Assembly (NCBI GenBank): GCA_963719495.1
Contig: CAVRCI010000002.1
Location: 384,001 to 448,000 of the forward strand
From: an uncultured Verrucomicrobiae bacterium
GTDB taxonomy: Bacteria > Verrucomicrobiota > Verrucomicrobiia > Chthoniobacterales > JAATET01
DNA: 64,000 nt
Direction of reading: 5' to 3'
The notes under the pieces are model-generated. The model had not been told where the DNA came from. It saw only the letters and a list, made by a program, of their open reading frames with translations, and did no database searches. Both the position numbers and the translations under genes were made by a program. Positions 18,461-28,161 of this stretch are shown in pieces. Numbering within the stretch: the first letter of the stretch is position 1; each line of letters opens with the position of its first letter.

Positions 18461-19003
18461 TCACGGCTCGATGATCTCGTAGCGGCGGGTGGTCGTTTTT
18501 TCCGCCCAGCGGTAGATGGCGGGAGTCGCCAGGGTGAGGGGGGTTTCGTCGAGGGGGCGGTTGTCGAGCCACTCGAGAACGTCATCGCGTTCGTCGTCGC
18601 GGATGCGGCGGGCGGGGCGGGCGATGGTGAGGTGCGGGAGCGGGGCGCGGGTGTCGATGCGGGCCCCGGACTCGCGGCAGAGTCGGGGCATCCACTTGGC
18701 GGTTTGTTTCTCGATCTCGATCCGGCCGGTGTCGATGGATGCGGCGATGGCGGAGAATCGGCGGGGTTGGGGGAGTGCGACGAGGGGGCCGGGGGTGATC
18801 GCGACCCCTTCCAGCGGGAGGCCGCGGAGGATGCCGGCCATTTTCGCCTCGGCGGGGGCGTCGTGGGTGCCGAGGAAGGCGAGGGTGACGTGGAGATCGT
18901 CGGGATCGAGGAAATCGATCCCGGTGGGGGCGGCGGCGGAGAGGGCGGCGAGCCATTCGTTGCCATTCAAGACGGGCCAGGCGACGAACCAATTGCGGGA
19001 CAT
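18461..19003 (-). CDS. thpR: RNA 2',3'-cyclic phosphodiesterase (2H phosphoesterase, LigT/ThpR family)
   Basis: Two HxT motifs: LHVTLAFLG and PHLTIAR. Confidence 0.85.
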   Translation of the reverse strand: MSRNWFVAWPVLNGNEWLAALSAAAPTGIDFLDPDDLHVTLAFLGTHDAPAEAKMAGILRGLPLEGVAITPGPLVALPQPRRFSAIAASIDTGRIEIEKQTAKWMPRLCRESGARIDTRAPLPHLTIARPARRIRDDERDDVLEWLDNRPLDETPLTLATPAIYRWAEKTTTRRYEIIEP

Positions 19004-19192
19004 GGGGATTGAATAGGGAGTGCGAACCGAAAGAGGAAGGTTTCGTCGCGGGGGGGTGATCGGACTGGCCGGAGGTGGGGGCGTCGGCAGTGGCTCACGG
19101 TAGTGATTGCCCGAATCGTCGGGGTCGCTGAGTCAGCGAACGACCCGATATTTCCTTGTTCGGCGCGGGGCAACGGCGCAGCATTTGGACAA

Positions 19193-19636
19193 ATGCCAGA
19201 ATACTTAATTCCGTTGATCGCGGGCATCGTCGGGACCGTGGCGATGACCATTTTTCTGATCGTTCCACGGTTCATGAACGTCGAGAACGTCGACATCATC
19301 CGGGCGGTGGGTGCGCTCTGGACGAAACGGGAGGACAACGCGTGGGCTCCGGGATTCGTGATCCACTTCGGTTCCGGGATCGCGTTTGCCTACATCTATT
19401 GGTTTCTCTTCGGCCTGGCGGGGCTGCCGCTCAATACCGGCACGGGCGTGTTGGCCGGTGCGGTGCACGGTGCGCTGGTGATGCTGTTCACCAGTATCGC
19501 GGTGATGGAGCACCACCCGATCCGTAAATATCAGAAGCGTGGGCCGATGACGGGATTCATGCAGCTTCTGGCGCACGTGTTGTATGGGCTGATCGTGGGC
19601 GCGATCGTTCACGCTTTGGCTCTGCCGGTGGCTTGA
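19193..19636 (+). CDS. Small multi-pass membrane protein
   Basis: 147 aa, four hydrophobic helices, IAGIVGTVAMT start and AHVLYGLIVG end. Confidence 0.75.
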   Translation: MPEYLIPLIAGIVGTVAMTIFLIVPRFMNVENVDIIRAVGALWTKREDNAWAPGFVIHFGSGIAFAYIYWFLFGLAGLPLNTGTGVLAGAVHGALVMLFTSIAVMEHHPIRKYQKRGPMTGFMQLLAHVLYGLIVGAIVHALALPVA

Positions 19637-19643
19637 TGGAATG

Positions 19644-19692
19644 GAATCGGCTTTGGGCCGATTCTGGTTTGGTCATCGGCTGGAAGCCGATG
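19644..19692. repeat. Tandem hairpins including a GCTGGAAGC REP-like palindrome
   Basis: GAATCGGC-TTTGG-GCCGATTC and CATCGGCTGGAAGCCGATG. Confidence 0.6.
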
Positions 19693-19775
19693 GCACGGGG
19701 TGTGGGCCGGGGTGCTTGTTGGATGAGTCTTCGTTGCCGCTTTTCCTTTAGGTCGGGCGTGGTATTGGTGCGGGC

Positions 19776-21479
19776 GTGATTATCAATCAGCTCCGATCCG
19801 CGGTCGAATTCGCTTCGCACCTGCCGCGCTACAACGAAATCGTCCAGATCCTGTTCAAATACGGGTTCGCGGACGTGCTCAAGCTGGTGACGTTGCAGAA
19901 CGTCATCGGGATCGAGACGGCGACGCTCAAGGTGCACGATTCGGGTCTGCTCGCGCAGCCGCCCGAGGTCCGGTTGCGGCTGGCGTTGGAGGAGCTTGGT
20001 CCGACGTTCATCAAGCTGGGTCAGATCCTGAGTTCGCGCCGGGATCTGGTGAACGCGGAATTCTACGAGGAGCTGTGCAAGCTGCACGACAACGTGCCGA
20101 CTTTCCCGGGGAAGGAGGCGAAGCGGATTTTTCAAGAGGAACTGGGGATGACGGTCGAGGAGGCTTTTGCGGAGTTTGAAACCGAGCCGTTCGCGGCGGC
20201 GTCGATCGCTCAGGTGCATCGGGCGACTCTGCGGGACGGGACGCTGGTGGCGATCAAGGTGCAGCGTCCGGAGATTCGGAAAGTCATCGAGCGGGACCTT
20301 TCGATCATTCTCGACCTGGCAAAATTCGTCGACAAACACGTGTCGGAGATCGCGACGCTCAACCCGATCGGGGTCGTCACGGAGTTTGCGGCGACGCTGC
20401 GAAAGGAATTGGACTTCGGCAACGAGGCGTCGAACGAAGACCGTTTTCGCCAGCAATTCGACGAGAACGAGACCATTCACGTGCCGAAGGTCTACGGGGA
20501 ATTCTCCGCGGAGAAGGTGATGACGCTCGAATTCATGACCGGGATCGCGGTCGACGACGTCGAGGCGCTGGTGGCGAACGGGATCGATCCGATCGAGCTG
20601 TCGGAGCGGATGGCGCGGTTGATTTATCAGCAGATTTTCGAGTTCGGATTTTTCCACGGCGACCCGCACCCGGGGAACATGACGGTGCTCAACGATGGGT
20701 CGCTGGGGCTTTACGACTACGGGATGATGGGGTCGTTCTCGCCGGGGTTCCGGTCGAGCATCGCGCACATGATCGCGGGGCTGGCGGAGAAGGATCACCA
20801 ACAGGTCATGCAGGCCATTGTGCAGATGTCGGAGGAGGGCTACGTCGACCACGGCGAGCAGATGCTGCGTGACGTGGAGGACTTCAGCGAAACGCACCTC
20901 AATCAGCCGTTGAAAGACATCCGGCTGGGGGAGGTCCTCAACAAGCTTCTCGACGTGCTGAGGAAAAACGATCTGCGGATGAAGGGGAGCTTTTATCTCG
21001 GGATCAAGGCGCTTTCGCAGGTCGAGTCGACGGGCCGGGGTCTCAATCCGGACCTCAATTTCGTCATTCTCGGCAAGCCCTACGCGGCCACGCTCATCGA
21101 GAACAAATACCATCCGACGCACCTGCTTGGGCTCATGCGAAAGGTCGTCTCGCAGTCGATCGACTTCCTCGAGGACTTCCCGCACGACTTTCGGAGCTTC
21201 TACGAGAAGGCGAAGCGCGGGCAATTCAACATTCCGCTGCAGCACAAGATCGATCCGGATGGATTCGAACCCCTCCAGAAGACCTTGGACTCGATCGCAA
21301 ACCGGCTGACGAACGCGATTCTGGCGGCGTCCGTGCTGATCTGTTCGTCGATTCTGGTGCTGTCGAACATGCCGCCGCGGGTGTGGGACGTGTCGCTGAT
21401 CGGATTGCTCGGAATCATCTGGGGCTTCTACATGTGCATCCGGCTGGCGCTCTCGATGTGGAAGCACGGGGGGCTGTGA
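19776..21479 (+). CDS. ABC1/AarF/UbiB family atypical kinase
   Basis: LGPTFIKLGQILSSR, AAASIAQVH, VAIKVQRP, ELDF..EA, FFHGDPHPGN, DYGM; two C-terminal TMs. Confidence 0.92.
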   Translation: MIINQLRSAVEFASHLPRYNEIVQILFKYGFADVLKLVTLQNVIGIETATLKVHDSGLLAQPPEVRLRLALEELGPTFIKLGQILSSRRDLVNAEFYEELCKLHDNVPTFPGKEAKRIFQEELGMTVEEAFAEFETEPFAAASIAQVHRATLRDGTLVAIKVQRPEIRKVIERDLSIILDLAKFVDKHVSEIATLNPIGVVTEFAATLRKELDFGNEASNEDRFRQQFDENETIHVPKVYGEFSAEKVMTLEFMTGIAVDDVEALVANGIDPIELSERMARLIYQQIFEFGFFHGDPHPGNMTVLNDGSLGLYDYGMMGSFSPGFRSSIAHMIAGLAEKDHQQVMQAIVQMSEEGYVDHGEQMLRDVEDFSETHLNQPLKDIRLGEVLNKLLDVLRKNDLRMKGSFYLGIKALSQVESTGRGLNPDLNFVILGKPYAATLIENKYHPTHLLGLMRKVVSQSIDFLEDFPHDFRSFYEKAKRGQFNIPLQHKIDPDGFEPLQKTLDSIANRLTNAILAASVLICSSILVLSNMPPRVWDVSLIGLLGIIWGFYMCIRLALSMWKHGGL

Positions 21480-21955
21480 TGACCCTGGGTCCCGCGGATT
21501 GGTGACTGGTGATTGGTGATTGGTGGGAATGCGGGAAGGTTGCCTTGGAGCCGTTGGATTGCGCCTGGATCGCCCGATGTCTCGCTCGACGGTGGGGTGA
21601 TGCGAACACGGCTCGGCAGGAGCCTCGCCCTCCGGGGGTGGGTGCGCTCGCGCTAGTTGCGACCCCGTTCGACGTTTTGAATTTTGTCGGTGGAGGTTGG
21701 GCCTAGTTGGGTTTGACGGAAGGTTGGATCGTCGGGAAGCGCTAGACGGAGGCTCTCGAGGGTGTCGCCCGCGTGGGTCGAGGCGGTTGCGGCCACGAGG
21801 AACGCGATGGCGGAGCGGGAGACGAGCCTGGCCGCGAGGATCTGGCGGTCGTGCCGGACGGGCAATGCCGGAGGCTGCGGGGGCGGGGGGCGGTTCGAAG
21901 GGTGAGCGTGAGCGGGGTGGGGGTGAAGAAGTCGGAACCCGGCGGCGCGGCTCCC

Positions 21956-22888
21956 CTACCCGGGGTTGGTGTCGCTTTGCGCTGCTTCCGGCTCGAGGTG
22001 GACGGTGACGTCGGTGAGGCGGAGGTCGGCAGCCAGGAGGTGATCCTTCACTTCGTGGGAAATTTCGTGGCCGCGGTGGACGGTGAGCGTTCCCGGCACC
22101 CGGACGTGGAGGTCGGCGAGGAGCGTGAGGCCGCTTTTTCGGACCCGGCACTTTTCGGCGCTCGAGACTCCCTCGACGCGGCAGGCGACGGCTTCGATGT
22201 CGGCGGCGAGGGTGGGGGAGACCTGCTCGTCGATGACTTCGCCGATCGACGTGCGAAGCATCCGCGCTCCGTTGCGGACGATGAGAACGCAGGAAAACAA
22301 CGCCGCCCAATCGTCGGCGGCCGTCCACGCCGGACCGCCGATGAGCGCGATCGAAATGCCGGTGAAGGCCGCGAAGGACGTGATCGCGTCCGACCGGTGA
22401 TGCCACGCTTCGGCCTGGATCGCCGAGCTGCCGAGCGCTTCGCCGCGGCGGCGCAGGAGCTGGTAGAGGCATTCCTTCGTGACGATCACACCGAGGAGGA
22501 CGAGGAGCGTCCAGCCGCGGGGCATCGAGCGGGCGCTTTCGTTGCCGAGGAATTGAAGGACGATTTGGACGCCGCTGTGGACGGCGACGGTCGCGCCGGC
22601 TCCGAGGACGAAGATCGCACCCGCGACGGCGGCCAGGGATTCCAACTTCCCGTGGCCGTAGGGGTGTTCGGCGTCGGGTGGTTTGACGGCAACGCGGAAG
22701 GCGCTCCAAATGAGGACCGAGCCGAAGATGTCGACGGCGGACTCGATCCCGTCGGCGATGAGGGCGTCCGAGTGGCCCCAGAAGCCCGCGCTCACCTTGA
22801 CGACGGCGAGCGTTGCGTTGGCGACGACGCCGAGCAGGATCAGTCGTTCGCCGAGGCGGACGGGATCGGGGGTCGTCGTCGCCTTCAT
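21956..22888 (-). CDS. Cation diffusion facilitator (FieF-like) transporter
   Basis: ALIADGIES, PPDAEHPYGHGKLE, HHRSDAITS, VHLEP. Confidence 0.92.
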   Translation of the reverse strand: MKATTTPDPVRLGERLILLGVVANATLAVVKVSAGFWGHSDALIADGIESAVDIFGSVLIWSAFRVAVKPPDAEHPYGHGKLESLAAVAGAIFVLGAGATVAVHSGVQIVLQFLGNESARSMPRGWTLLVLLGVIVTKECLYQLLRRRGEALGSSAIQAEAWHHRSDAITSFAAFTGISIALIGGPAWTAADDWAALFSCVLIVRNGARMLRTSIGEVIDEQVSPTLAADIEAVACRVEGVSSAEKCRVRKSGLTLLADLHVRVPGTLTVHRGHEISHEVKDHLLAADLRLTDVTVHLEPEAAQSDTNPG

Positions 22889-22918
22889 TGGGGAGGGTCC
22901 GAGTCGAGTCGGCGAGGA

Positions 22919-23326
22919 TCAGAACGACCGCCAGGTCATCATTCCGGCGGCCGGGGCGAAGCTCGAACCGTCTTCGGCGGCTTTGAGGTAGGCGACGGTT
23001 TCGGCTTTTTCCTCCGGGACGGGCACGAGGCCGGGGCCGACCCACCCGGCGGGATGTCGCTCGCGCTGATAGCGGATCGTGATGATGTCACCCGTCGTCG
23101 CCGCGTCGCCCCGGCCGACTTTGAGCACCTCGGCGAGGATCTCGATGTCGTCGCCGGAATCGGTGGGTTGCGTGCTCACGGTGAGCACGTTGATCCGGAG
23201 AACGTCGGGAGCTTCGCGCTGCATCGCCTCGTAGGCCGACGGTGGGAGCTCGGCCCGGAGGGTGGGGGGCGCGGCCACGGTGGCGAGCAGGGCGAGGGCA
23301 AGGATGGTGAAGCGGTTTGTGCGCAT
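22919..23326 (-). CDS. Exported hypothetical protein
   Basis: Signal peptide MRTNRFTILALALLATVAA..LRA followed by ELPPSAYEAMQ; own promoter-like motif upstream. Confidence 0.7.
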   Translation of the reverse strand: MRTNRFTILALALLATVAAPPTLRAELPPSAYEAMQREAPDVLRINVLTVSTQPTDSGDDIEILAEVLKVGRGDAATTGDIITIRYQRERHPAGWVGPGLVPVPEEKAETVAYLKAAEDGSSFAPAAGMMTWRSF

Positions 23327-23331
23327 CCGGG

Positions 23332-23359
23332 AGATTACGACGGGGAGAACCGGGGGCAA
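23332..23359 (-). promoter_or_regulatory. Putative promoter, leaderless
   Basis: Minus strand TTGCCC-N16-TAATCT, 5 nt before ATG 23326. Confidence 0.4.
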
Positions 23360-23380
23360 ATCGGAAATCCGGGGCGGCGA

Positions 23381-24145
23381 CTATCGGTTGGCGTGCACGT
23401 CGGCGACGAACTCGCGGACGGCGGCTTGAATCGTCGTGGCCACGTCGGCTTTCGGTCTGGCGAAGGCGGGTCGAAACCACGGGAAAAGACCGATGATGTC
23501 GTGCAAAACTCGGATCTGCCCGTCGCAGCCTTCGCCGCTGCCGATTCCGAAAGTGGGAATTGAGAGTCGGGCCGAAAGGTCCGCCGCGAGGGACGGCTCG
23601 ACCAATTCGACGACGACCGCGAAGGCTCCGGCCGCTTCGATCGCGAGGGCGTCAGCCGTGAGCGATTCGGCCTGCTCGGGGGTGCGTCCCTTGATCTTGT
23701 AGCCGCCCTCTTCGCGAACGTGTTGCGGGAGCATGCCGATGTGAGCGAGCACCGGGATCCCCTCGGCGGTAAGGGCGGCTACGGTGGCGGCGACCTCGGT
23801 GCCGCCCTCGAGTTTCACGCCGTCGGCCCCGGCGGCGAGGGAGGCTCGAGCCGACTCGATGGCGAGCTCTGGCGTCGCGTAGGTGCCGATGGGCAGGTCG
23901 GTGACGACCGGGGTCTTCATTGCCCCCCGGGCGACCGCGCGGGTGTGGTGAAGCATGTCGGCGAGCGTCACTTCGGTGGTGTCCGCGTGACCGAGAACGA
24001 CCATCCCGAGGGAGTCACCAACGAGGATGAGGTCGAGGCCGCAGTCGTCGAGCAGTCGAGCGGATGGGTAGTCGTAAGCCGTTAAAGACGTAAAAAGCTT
24101 TTGCCGTTTGTCGACAAAATGTTGAAATTTGAGCGGTGCAAGCAT
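23381..24145 (-). CDS. panB: 3-methyl-2-oxobutanoate hydroxymethyltransferase
   Basis: LTAYDY, LVGDSLGMVVLG, VKLEGG, HIGMLPQ, GIGSG..CDGQ. Confidence 0.95.
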   Translation of the reverse strand: MLAPLKFQHFVDKRQKLFTSLTAYDYPSARLLDDCGLDLILVGDSLGMVVLGHADTTEVTLADMLHHTRAVARGAMKTPVVTDLPIGTYATPELAIESARASLAAGADGVKLEGGTEVAATVAALTAEGIPVLAHIGMLPQHVREEGGYKIKGRTPEQAESLTADALAIEAAGAFAVVVELVEPSLAADLSARLSIPTFGIGSGEGCDGQIRVLHDIIGLFPWFRPAFARPKADVATTIQAAVREFVADVHANR

Positions 24146-24204
24146 TTAACGAAAAATACGTAAAAGATGTTAGAGAAACCTAGAGGACAGGAGATAAGAT
24201 AAAC

Positions 24205-24675
24205 TCAGTATGTCGAAATCATATTAAGTATCTGGGCCACGGTGTTCTGGCTTTTTGGTAAAATCAGAGCGGGTGAAATCTCAACGATCGGCCGGAGAAC
24301 GAATTCCCGGACCGTGATTTTCGGGTGCGGGAGCGTCAATTCCGGTGTCTCGAGGACCGTGTCGCCGTGGTAGAGGAGATCGAGATCGAGGGGGCGCGGG
24401 GCGTTGGTGGCGCGGATTTTTGGACGGCCGTGGCTGGCCTCGATCCGCTGAAGTTTGTGGAGCAGATCGAGGGCGTTTCCGGGCCATTCGATCTCCATGG
24501 CGGCATTGAGAAAGGCGCCGGAGCCGGGCGGGCAGTCGACGGGCTCGGTCTCGTGGAACGTCGAGACGCGAACTTCGGACCCGGGCGGCGCGAGGGCGGT
24601 GACTTCGCGGACGGCAAGGTCGAGGTGGGCGGTCCGGTCACCCAGGTTGGACCCCAGTGATATCCCGGCACGCAT
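24205..24675 (-). CDS. folK: 2-amino-4-hydroxy-6-hydroxymethyldihydropteridine diphosphokinase
   Basis: LGSNLGDR, FLNAA, PRPLDLDLL, LTLPHP..REFVL. Confidence 0.95.
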   Translation of the reverse strand: MRAGISLGSNLGDRTAHLDLAVREVTALAPPGSEVRVSTFHETEPVDCPPGSGAFLNAAMEIEWPGNALDLLHKLQRIEASHGRPKIRATNAPRPLDLDLLYHGDTVLETPELTLPHPKITVREFVLRPIVEISPALILPKSQNTVAQILNMISTY

Positions 24676-24689
24676 CGGTCGGATCGGAA

Positions 24690-25430
24690 TCAGTCGCGAA
24701 GGCCGAGGACGTCCTGCATGTCGTAGAGGCCAGCGGGTTGATCGACGGCCCAGCGGGCGGCGCGGAGGGCTCCGTTGGCGAAGGTGTCGCGGGAGGAGGC
24801 CTTGTGGGTCAGCTCGACCCGTTCGCCGTCCGTGGCGAAGACGACGGTGTGGTCTCCGACGACGTCGCCCCCGCGGAGCGAGTGCATGCCGATCTCGGTG
24901 GCGGTGCGGGCGCCGACCATGCCCTCGCGGCCGTGGCGGACGTCGGTGGCGTAATCGAGGTCGCGGGCTTCGGCGAGGATTTCGGCGAGACGGCGGGCGG
25001 TGCCGCTGGGGGCGTCCTTTTTGTGGCGGTGGTGCAGTTCGACGACCTCGAGGTCGAAGTCGGGGCCGAGGATGTCGGTGGCCTTGCGGGTGAGCCAGAA
25101 GAGGGTGTTGACGCCGACGCTGAAGTTCGGCGCGAAGACGATCGGGATGCGGTCGGCGTGGGCAACAATGGCGGCGCGCTGGGTGTCGTCGTGGCCGGTG
25201 GTGCCGATCACGAGCGGTTTGTCGGCGGCGGCGCAGGCGTCGGCGACGTCCGCCGTGGCGGTGGCGTGGGAAAAATCGATGACGGCGTCCGCGGCACCGA
25301 GGGCGTCGGCGAGATTGTCATCGGCGTCGAGGGCGGCGGAGACTTCGAGGCCGTCGGTGGCTTCGGCGCAGCGGACGAGGGCTTCGCCCATGCGGCCGCG
25401 GGATCCGTTGATGAGAACGCGGAGGCTCAC
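24690..25430 (-). CDS. dapB: 4-hydroxy-tetrahydrodipicolinate reductase
   Basis: INGSRGRMG, IDFS, GTTG, APNFSVGVN, ELHHRHKKDAPSGTA; GTG start overlapping the dapA stop. Confidence 0.95.
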   Translation of the reverse strand: MSLRVLINGSRGRMGEALVRCAEATDGLEVSAALDADDNLADALGAADAVIDFSHATATADVADACAAADKPLVIGTTGHDDTQRAAIVAHADRIPIVFAPNFSVGVNTLFWLTRKATDILGPDFDLEVVELHHRHKKDAPSGTARRLAEILAEARDLDYATDVRHGREGMVGARTATEIGMHSLRGGDVVGDHTVVFATDGERVELTHKASSRDTFANGALRAARWAVDQPAGLYDMQDVLGLRD

Positions 25431-26308
25431 GGGGCGAGGAGGCCGTAGTCGCCGAGCACGGCGCGCAGGCGGTCGAGATGGGCGTCGGAGAGGGCGCAGA
25501 GGGGGAGGCGGACGTCGGCGGCCATGCGGCCTTGCAGGGAGAGCGCGGTTTTTACGGGGACCGGGTTGGTCTCGATGAAGAGCTCTTTGAAGAGGCGGTA
25601 GAATTGCGCGTGGAGGCGGTTGGCTTCGTCGGGTCTGCCGTCGCGCCAGGCCTGGACGAGCTGGGTGACCTCGCGGGGGATGAGGTTCGACGCGACGCTG
25701 ATCACGCCGACGGCTCCGACCGAGAGGAAGGGGAGGGTGAGCGAGTCGTCGCCGGAAATGATTTCGAACTCGGCGGACAGCGCGTGGCGGAGGGCGCTCA
25801 CGCGCTCCACCGATCCACCGGCTTCCTTGATGGCCCGGATGTTTGGGCAATCGGCGGCGAGGCGGACGACGGTGTCGACTTCGATCTCGATGCCGCAACG
25901 GCCGGGGATGCTGTAGAGAATGAGCGGGAGGTCGGTGGCTTCGGCGATGGCGCGGTAGTGCCGGTAGAGGCCTTCCTGCGAGGGCTTGTTGTAGTAGGGC
26001 GCGACGAGGAGGGCGGCGCTGGCTCCGATGCGTTCGGCCTCGCGGGTGAGCGAGATCGCTTCGGTGGTGGAATTCGATCCCGTGCCGGCGATCACGTGGC
26101 AGCGACCGGCGGCGGCTTCGACGGCAATGCGAATCGCCTCGTTGTGCTCGTCGTGCGGGAGGGTGGGGGATTCCCCGGTGGTGCCGACGGGGGCGACGCC
26201 CTGGACGCCTCCGTCGATTTGGAAATTGATCAGGTCGCGGAACGCGTCCGCGTCGATGCGGTCGTCGCGAAACGGGGTGACGAGCGCTGTGTGGGTGCCT
26301 TCGAACAT
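25427..26308 (-). CDS. dapA: 4-hydroxy-tetrahydrodipicolinate synthase
   Basis: GTTGESPTL, PYYNKPSQEG, YSIPGR, IKEA, FIETNPVPVK. Confidence 0.96.
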   Translation of the reverse strand: MFEGTHTALVTPFRDDRIDADAFRDLINFQIDGGVQGVAPVGTTGESPTLPHDEHNEAIRIAVEAAAGRCHVIAGTGSNSTTEAISLTREAERIGASAALLVAPYYNKPSQEGLYRHYRAIAEATDLPLILYSIPGRCGIEIEVDTVVRLAADCPNIRAIKEAGGSVERVSALRHALSAEFEIISGDDSLTLPFLSVGAVGVISVASNLIPREVTQLVQAWRDGRPDEANRLHAQFYRLFKELFIETNPVPVKTALSLQGRMAADVRLPLCALSDAHLDRLRAVLGDYGLLAP

Positions 26309-26324
26309 CGTGCGCGGAAATTAA

Positions 26325-27152
26325 TCAAAGCGTGATGCGACCGTCGAAGACGAAATCCGCGGGGCCGGTGAGCGTGACGTTGGCGAACGTGTCTGGGGCG
26401 GTCTTGGTGAACCCAACCGTGAGCGTGTCGCCGCCGCGGACCCGCACCGGGATCGGGGACACGGCGTCGGTGACGAGGTGGTGAACGAGCGCGCCGGCGA
26501 CAACGCCGGTGCCGCAGGCGAGGGTTTCGTCCTCGACGCCGCGTTCGAACGTGCGGATCGCGATACCGTTGCCGGTGCCGTCGGGATCGACCTGCGCGAA
26601 ATTCACGTTCGTCCCGGCGGGGGCAAAGTGTTCGTGGCGGCGGAGGCCGGAGCCGATGCGGACGACGTCGGTGGTCTCGACGTCCTGGACGAAGACGACC
26701 GCGTGGGGGACGCCGGTGTTGAGGAAGTGGACGGACGCGAAGGCCCCGTCGACGGTGAGGTCGACCGGGTCGGCGAGGGAATGGGGGACGCTCATGGCGA
26801 GTTCGACGTTCTCGCCGAGGAGACGGGCTGAGATCACGCCGGCGATGGTCTCGAAGGAGACGCCATCCGGGGAGGTGGCGTCGAGTCGGGCGGCGTAGCG
26901 GGCGAAGCAGCGGGCGCCATTGCCGCACATCTCGGCTTCGCCGCCGTCGGCGTTGTAGTAACGCATGCGGTGGGTCGCGCCGTTCTCGGCGGGTTCGACG
27001 GCGAGCAATCCGTCGGCCCCGACGCCGCGGTGGCGGTCGCAGAGGCGGGCGATGGTGGCCGGGTCGAGGACGTCGGAGAGCGAGCCGTCGCGGTTGTCGA
27101 CGAGAATGAAGTCGTTGCCGGCTCCGTTCATTTTGGTGAAGGCGAGTTCCAT
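26325..27152 (-). CDS. dapF: Diaminopimelate epimerase
   Basis: KMNGAGNDF, EMCGNGARC, ERGVEDETLACGTG. Confidence 0.96.
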   Translation of the reverse strand: MELAFTKMNGAGNDFILVDNRDGSLSDVLDPATIARLCDRHRGVGADGLLAVEPAENGATHRMRYYNADGGEAEMCGNGARCFARYAARLDATSPDGVSFETIAGVISARLLGENVELAMSVPHSLADPVDLTVDGAFASVHFLNTGVPHAVVFVQDVETTDVVRIGSGLRRHEHFAPAGTNVNFAQVDPDGTGNGIAIRTFERGVEDETLACGTGVVAGALVHHLVTDAVSPIPVRVRGGDTLTVGFTKTAPDTFANVTLTGPADFVFDGRITL

Positions 27153-27239
27153 GGTTTGTGTCGTGGGAGGTTGAGCTTAGACGATGTGCGGGGATCGGCA
27201 GGTCTTTTCTTTTCGGGCGCGCTGGGTGGTTCGGATGAG

Positions 27240-27320
27240 GGAAGTGCCGCCTTCGGCGGGTTGGTGACGAGTCTCGGGCGGGACGCCCTCGACGGCAGGC
27301 GGGACGCCCGCCGCTCCCCC
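27240..27320. repeat. REP-like double hairpin in the dapF/allE divergent spacer
   Basis: GGAAGTGCCGCCTTCGGCGGGTTGG prefix then GGGCGGGACGCCC and GGCAGGCGGGACGCCCGCC followed by GCTCCCC, the same layout as 30149-30224. Confidence 0.55.
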
Positions 27321-27384
27321 TGAGTCGGCGAGAGTCCGTTTTGGCTTGAGGGTGGGTGGGGTGGGCGCATTGACTTGCGGGGCA

Positions 27385-28134
27385 ATGAAGGACATGGCTT
27401 TTGGGGAGACGCGGACTCGGGTTGGATTGCGACACGCGCTGATCGCGCCCGATGGGCTGGTGCCGAGCGTCGTGCCGGGATTCAGCGGGGCGGTGGTGAA
27501 CGTGATTCTGTCGCCGGCGATGGGGGCGGGACTCACGCAATTGCTGGTGACGTTCGAGGCCGGGGGACGGGCGGAGTTCGATTCCGAGGACGTGGAGTCG
27601 GCGGTTTACGTGATGGCGGGCGGTTGCTCGGTGCGGATCGGGGACGGTGCGGATGAGCTGGCGGCGGGTGGTTTTGCCTTCGTTCCGGCGGGGACTCCGT
27701 GGGAGCTGCGGGACGCGGAGGCGGGGACGCGGGTGACGATTTTTCAGAAGGATTTCGAGGAGATGGAGGGCGCGGCTCGACCGAAGCCGGTGGTGGGGAA
27801 CGCGGCGGACGTGGAGGGCGTGCCGTTTCTCGGCGATCCGGATGCGCGTCTGCAGGTGCTGTTGCCGGAGGGGATGGAATACGACTTTGCGATGAACGTG
27901 TTCACGTATCAGCCGGGGGGGCGGCTGCCGTTCGTCGAGACGCACATCATGGAGCACGGGCTGATGATGCTGGCGGGCGAGGGGGTGTATCGGCTCGAGG
28001 ATTCGTGGTATCCGGTGCGGGCGGGAGACGCGATCTGGATGGCGCCGTATTGCCCGCAGTGGTTCGTGGCGATGGGGAAGGGGCCGTCGAGTTACGTGTA
28101 TTGCAAGGACGTGAACCGGAACCCGATGGGCTGA
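27385..28134 (+). CDS. allE: (S)-ureidoglycine aminohydrolase (AllE/YlbA, bicupin)
   Basis: LPFVETHIMEHGL..LAGEGVYRL..WYPV..GDAIWMAPYCPQWF..Y..KDVNR signature; start could be 27394. Confidence 0.9.
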   Translation: MKDMAFGETRTRVGLRHALIAPDGLVPSVVPGFSGAVVNVILSPAMGAGLTQLLVTFEAGGRAEFDSEDVESAVYVMAGGCSVRIGDGADELAAGGFAFVPAGTPWELRDAEAGTRVTIFQKDFEEMEGAARPKPVVGNAADVEGVPFLGDPDARLQVLLPEGMEYDFAMNVFTYQPGGRLPFVETHIMEHGLMMLAGEGVYRLEDSWYPVRAGDAIWMAPYCPQWFVAMGKGPSSYVYCKDVNRNPMG

Positions 28135-28161
28135 CGGCGGCGGGAATCGGGGGGAATTGAA

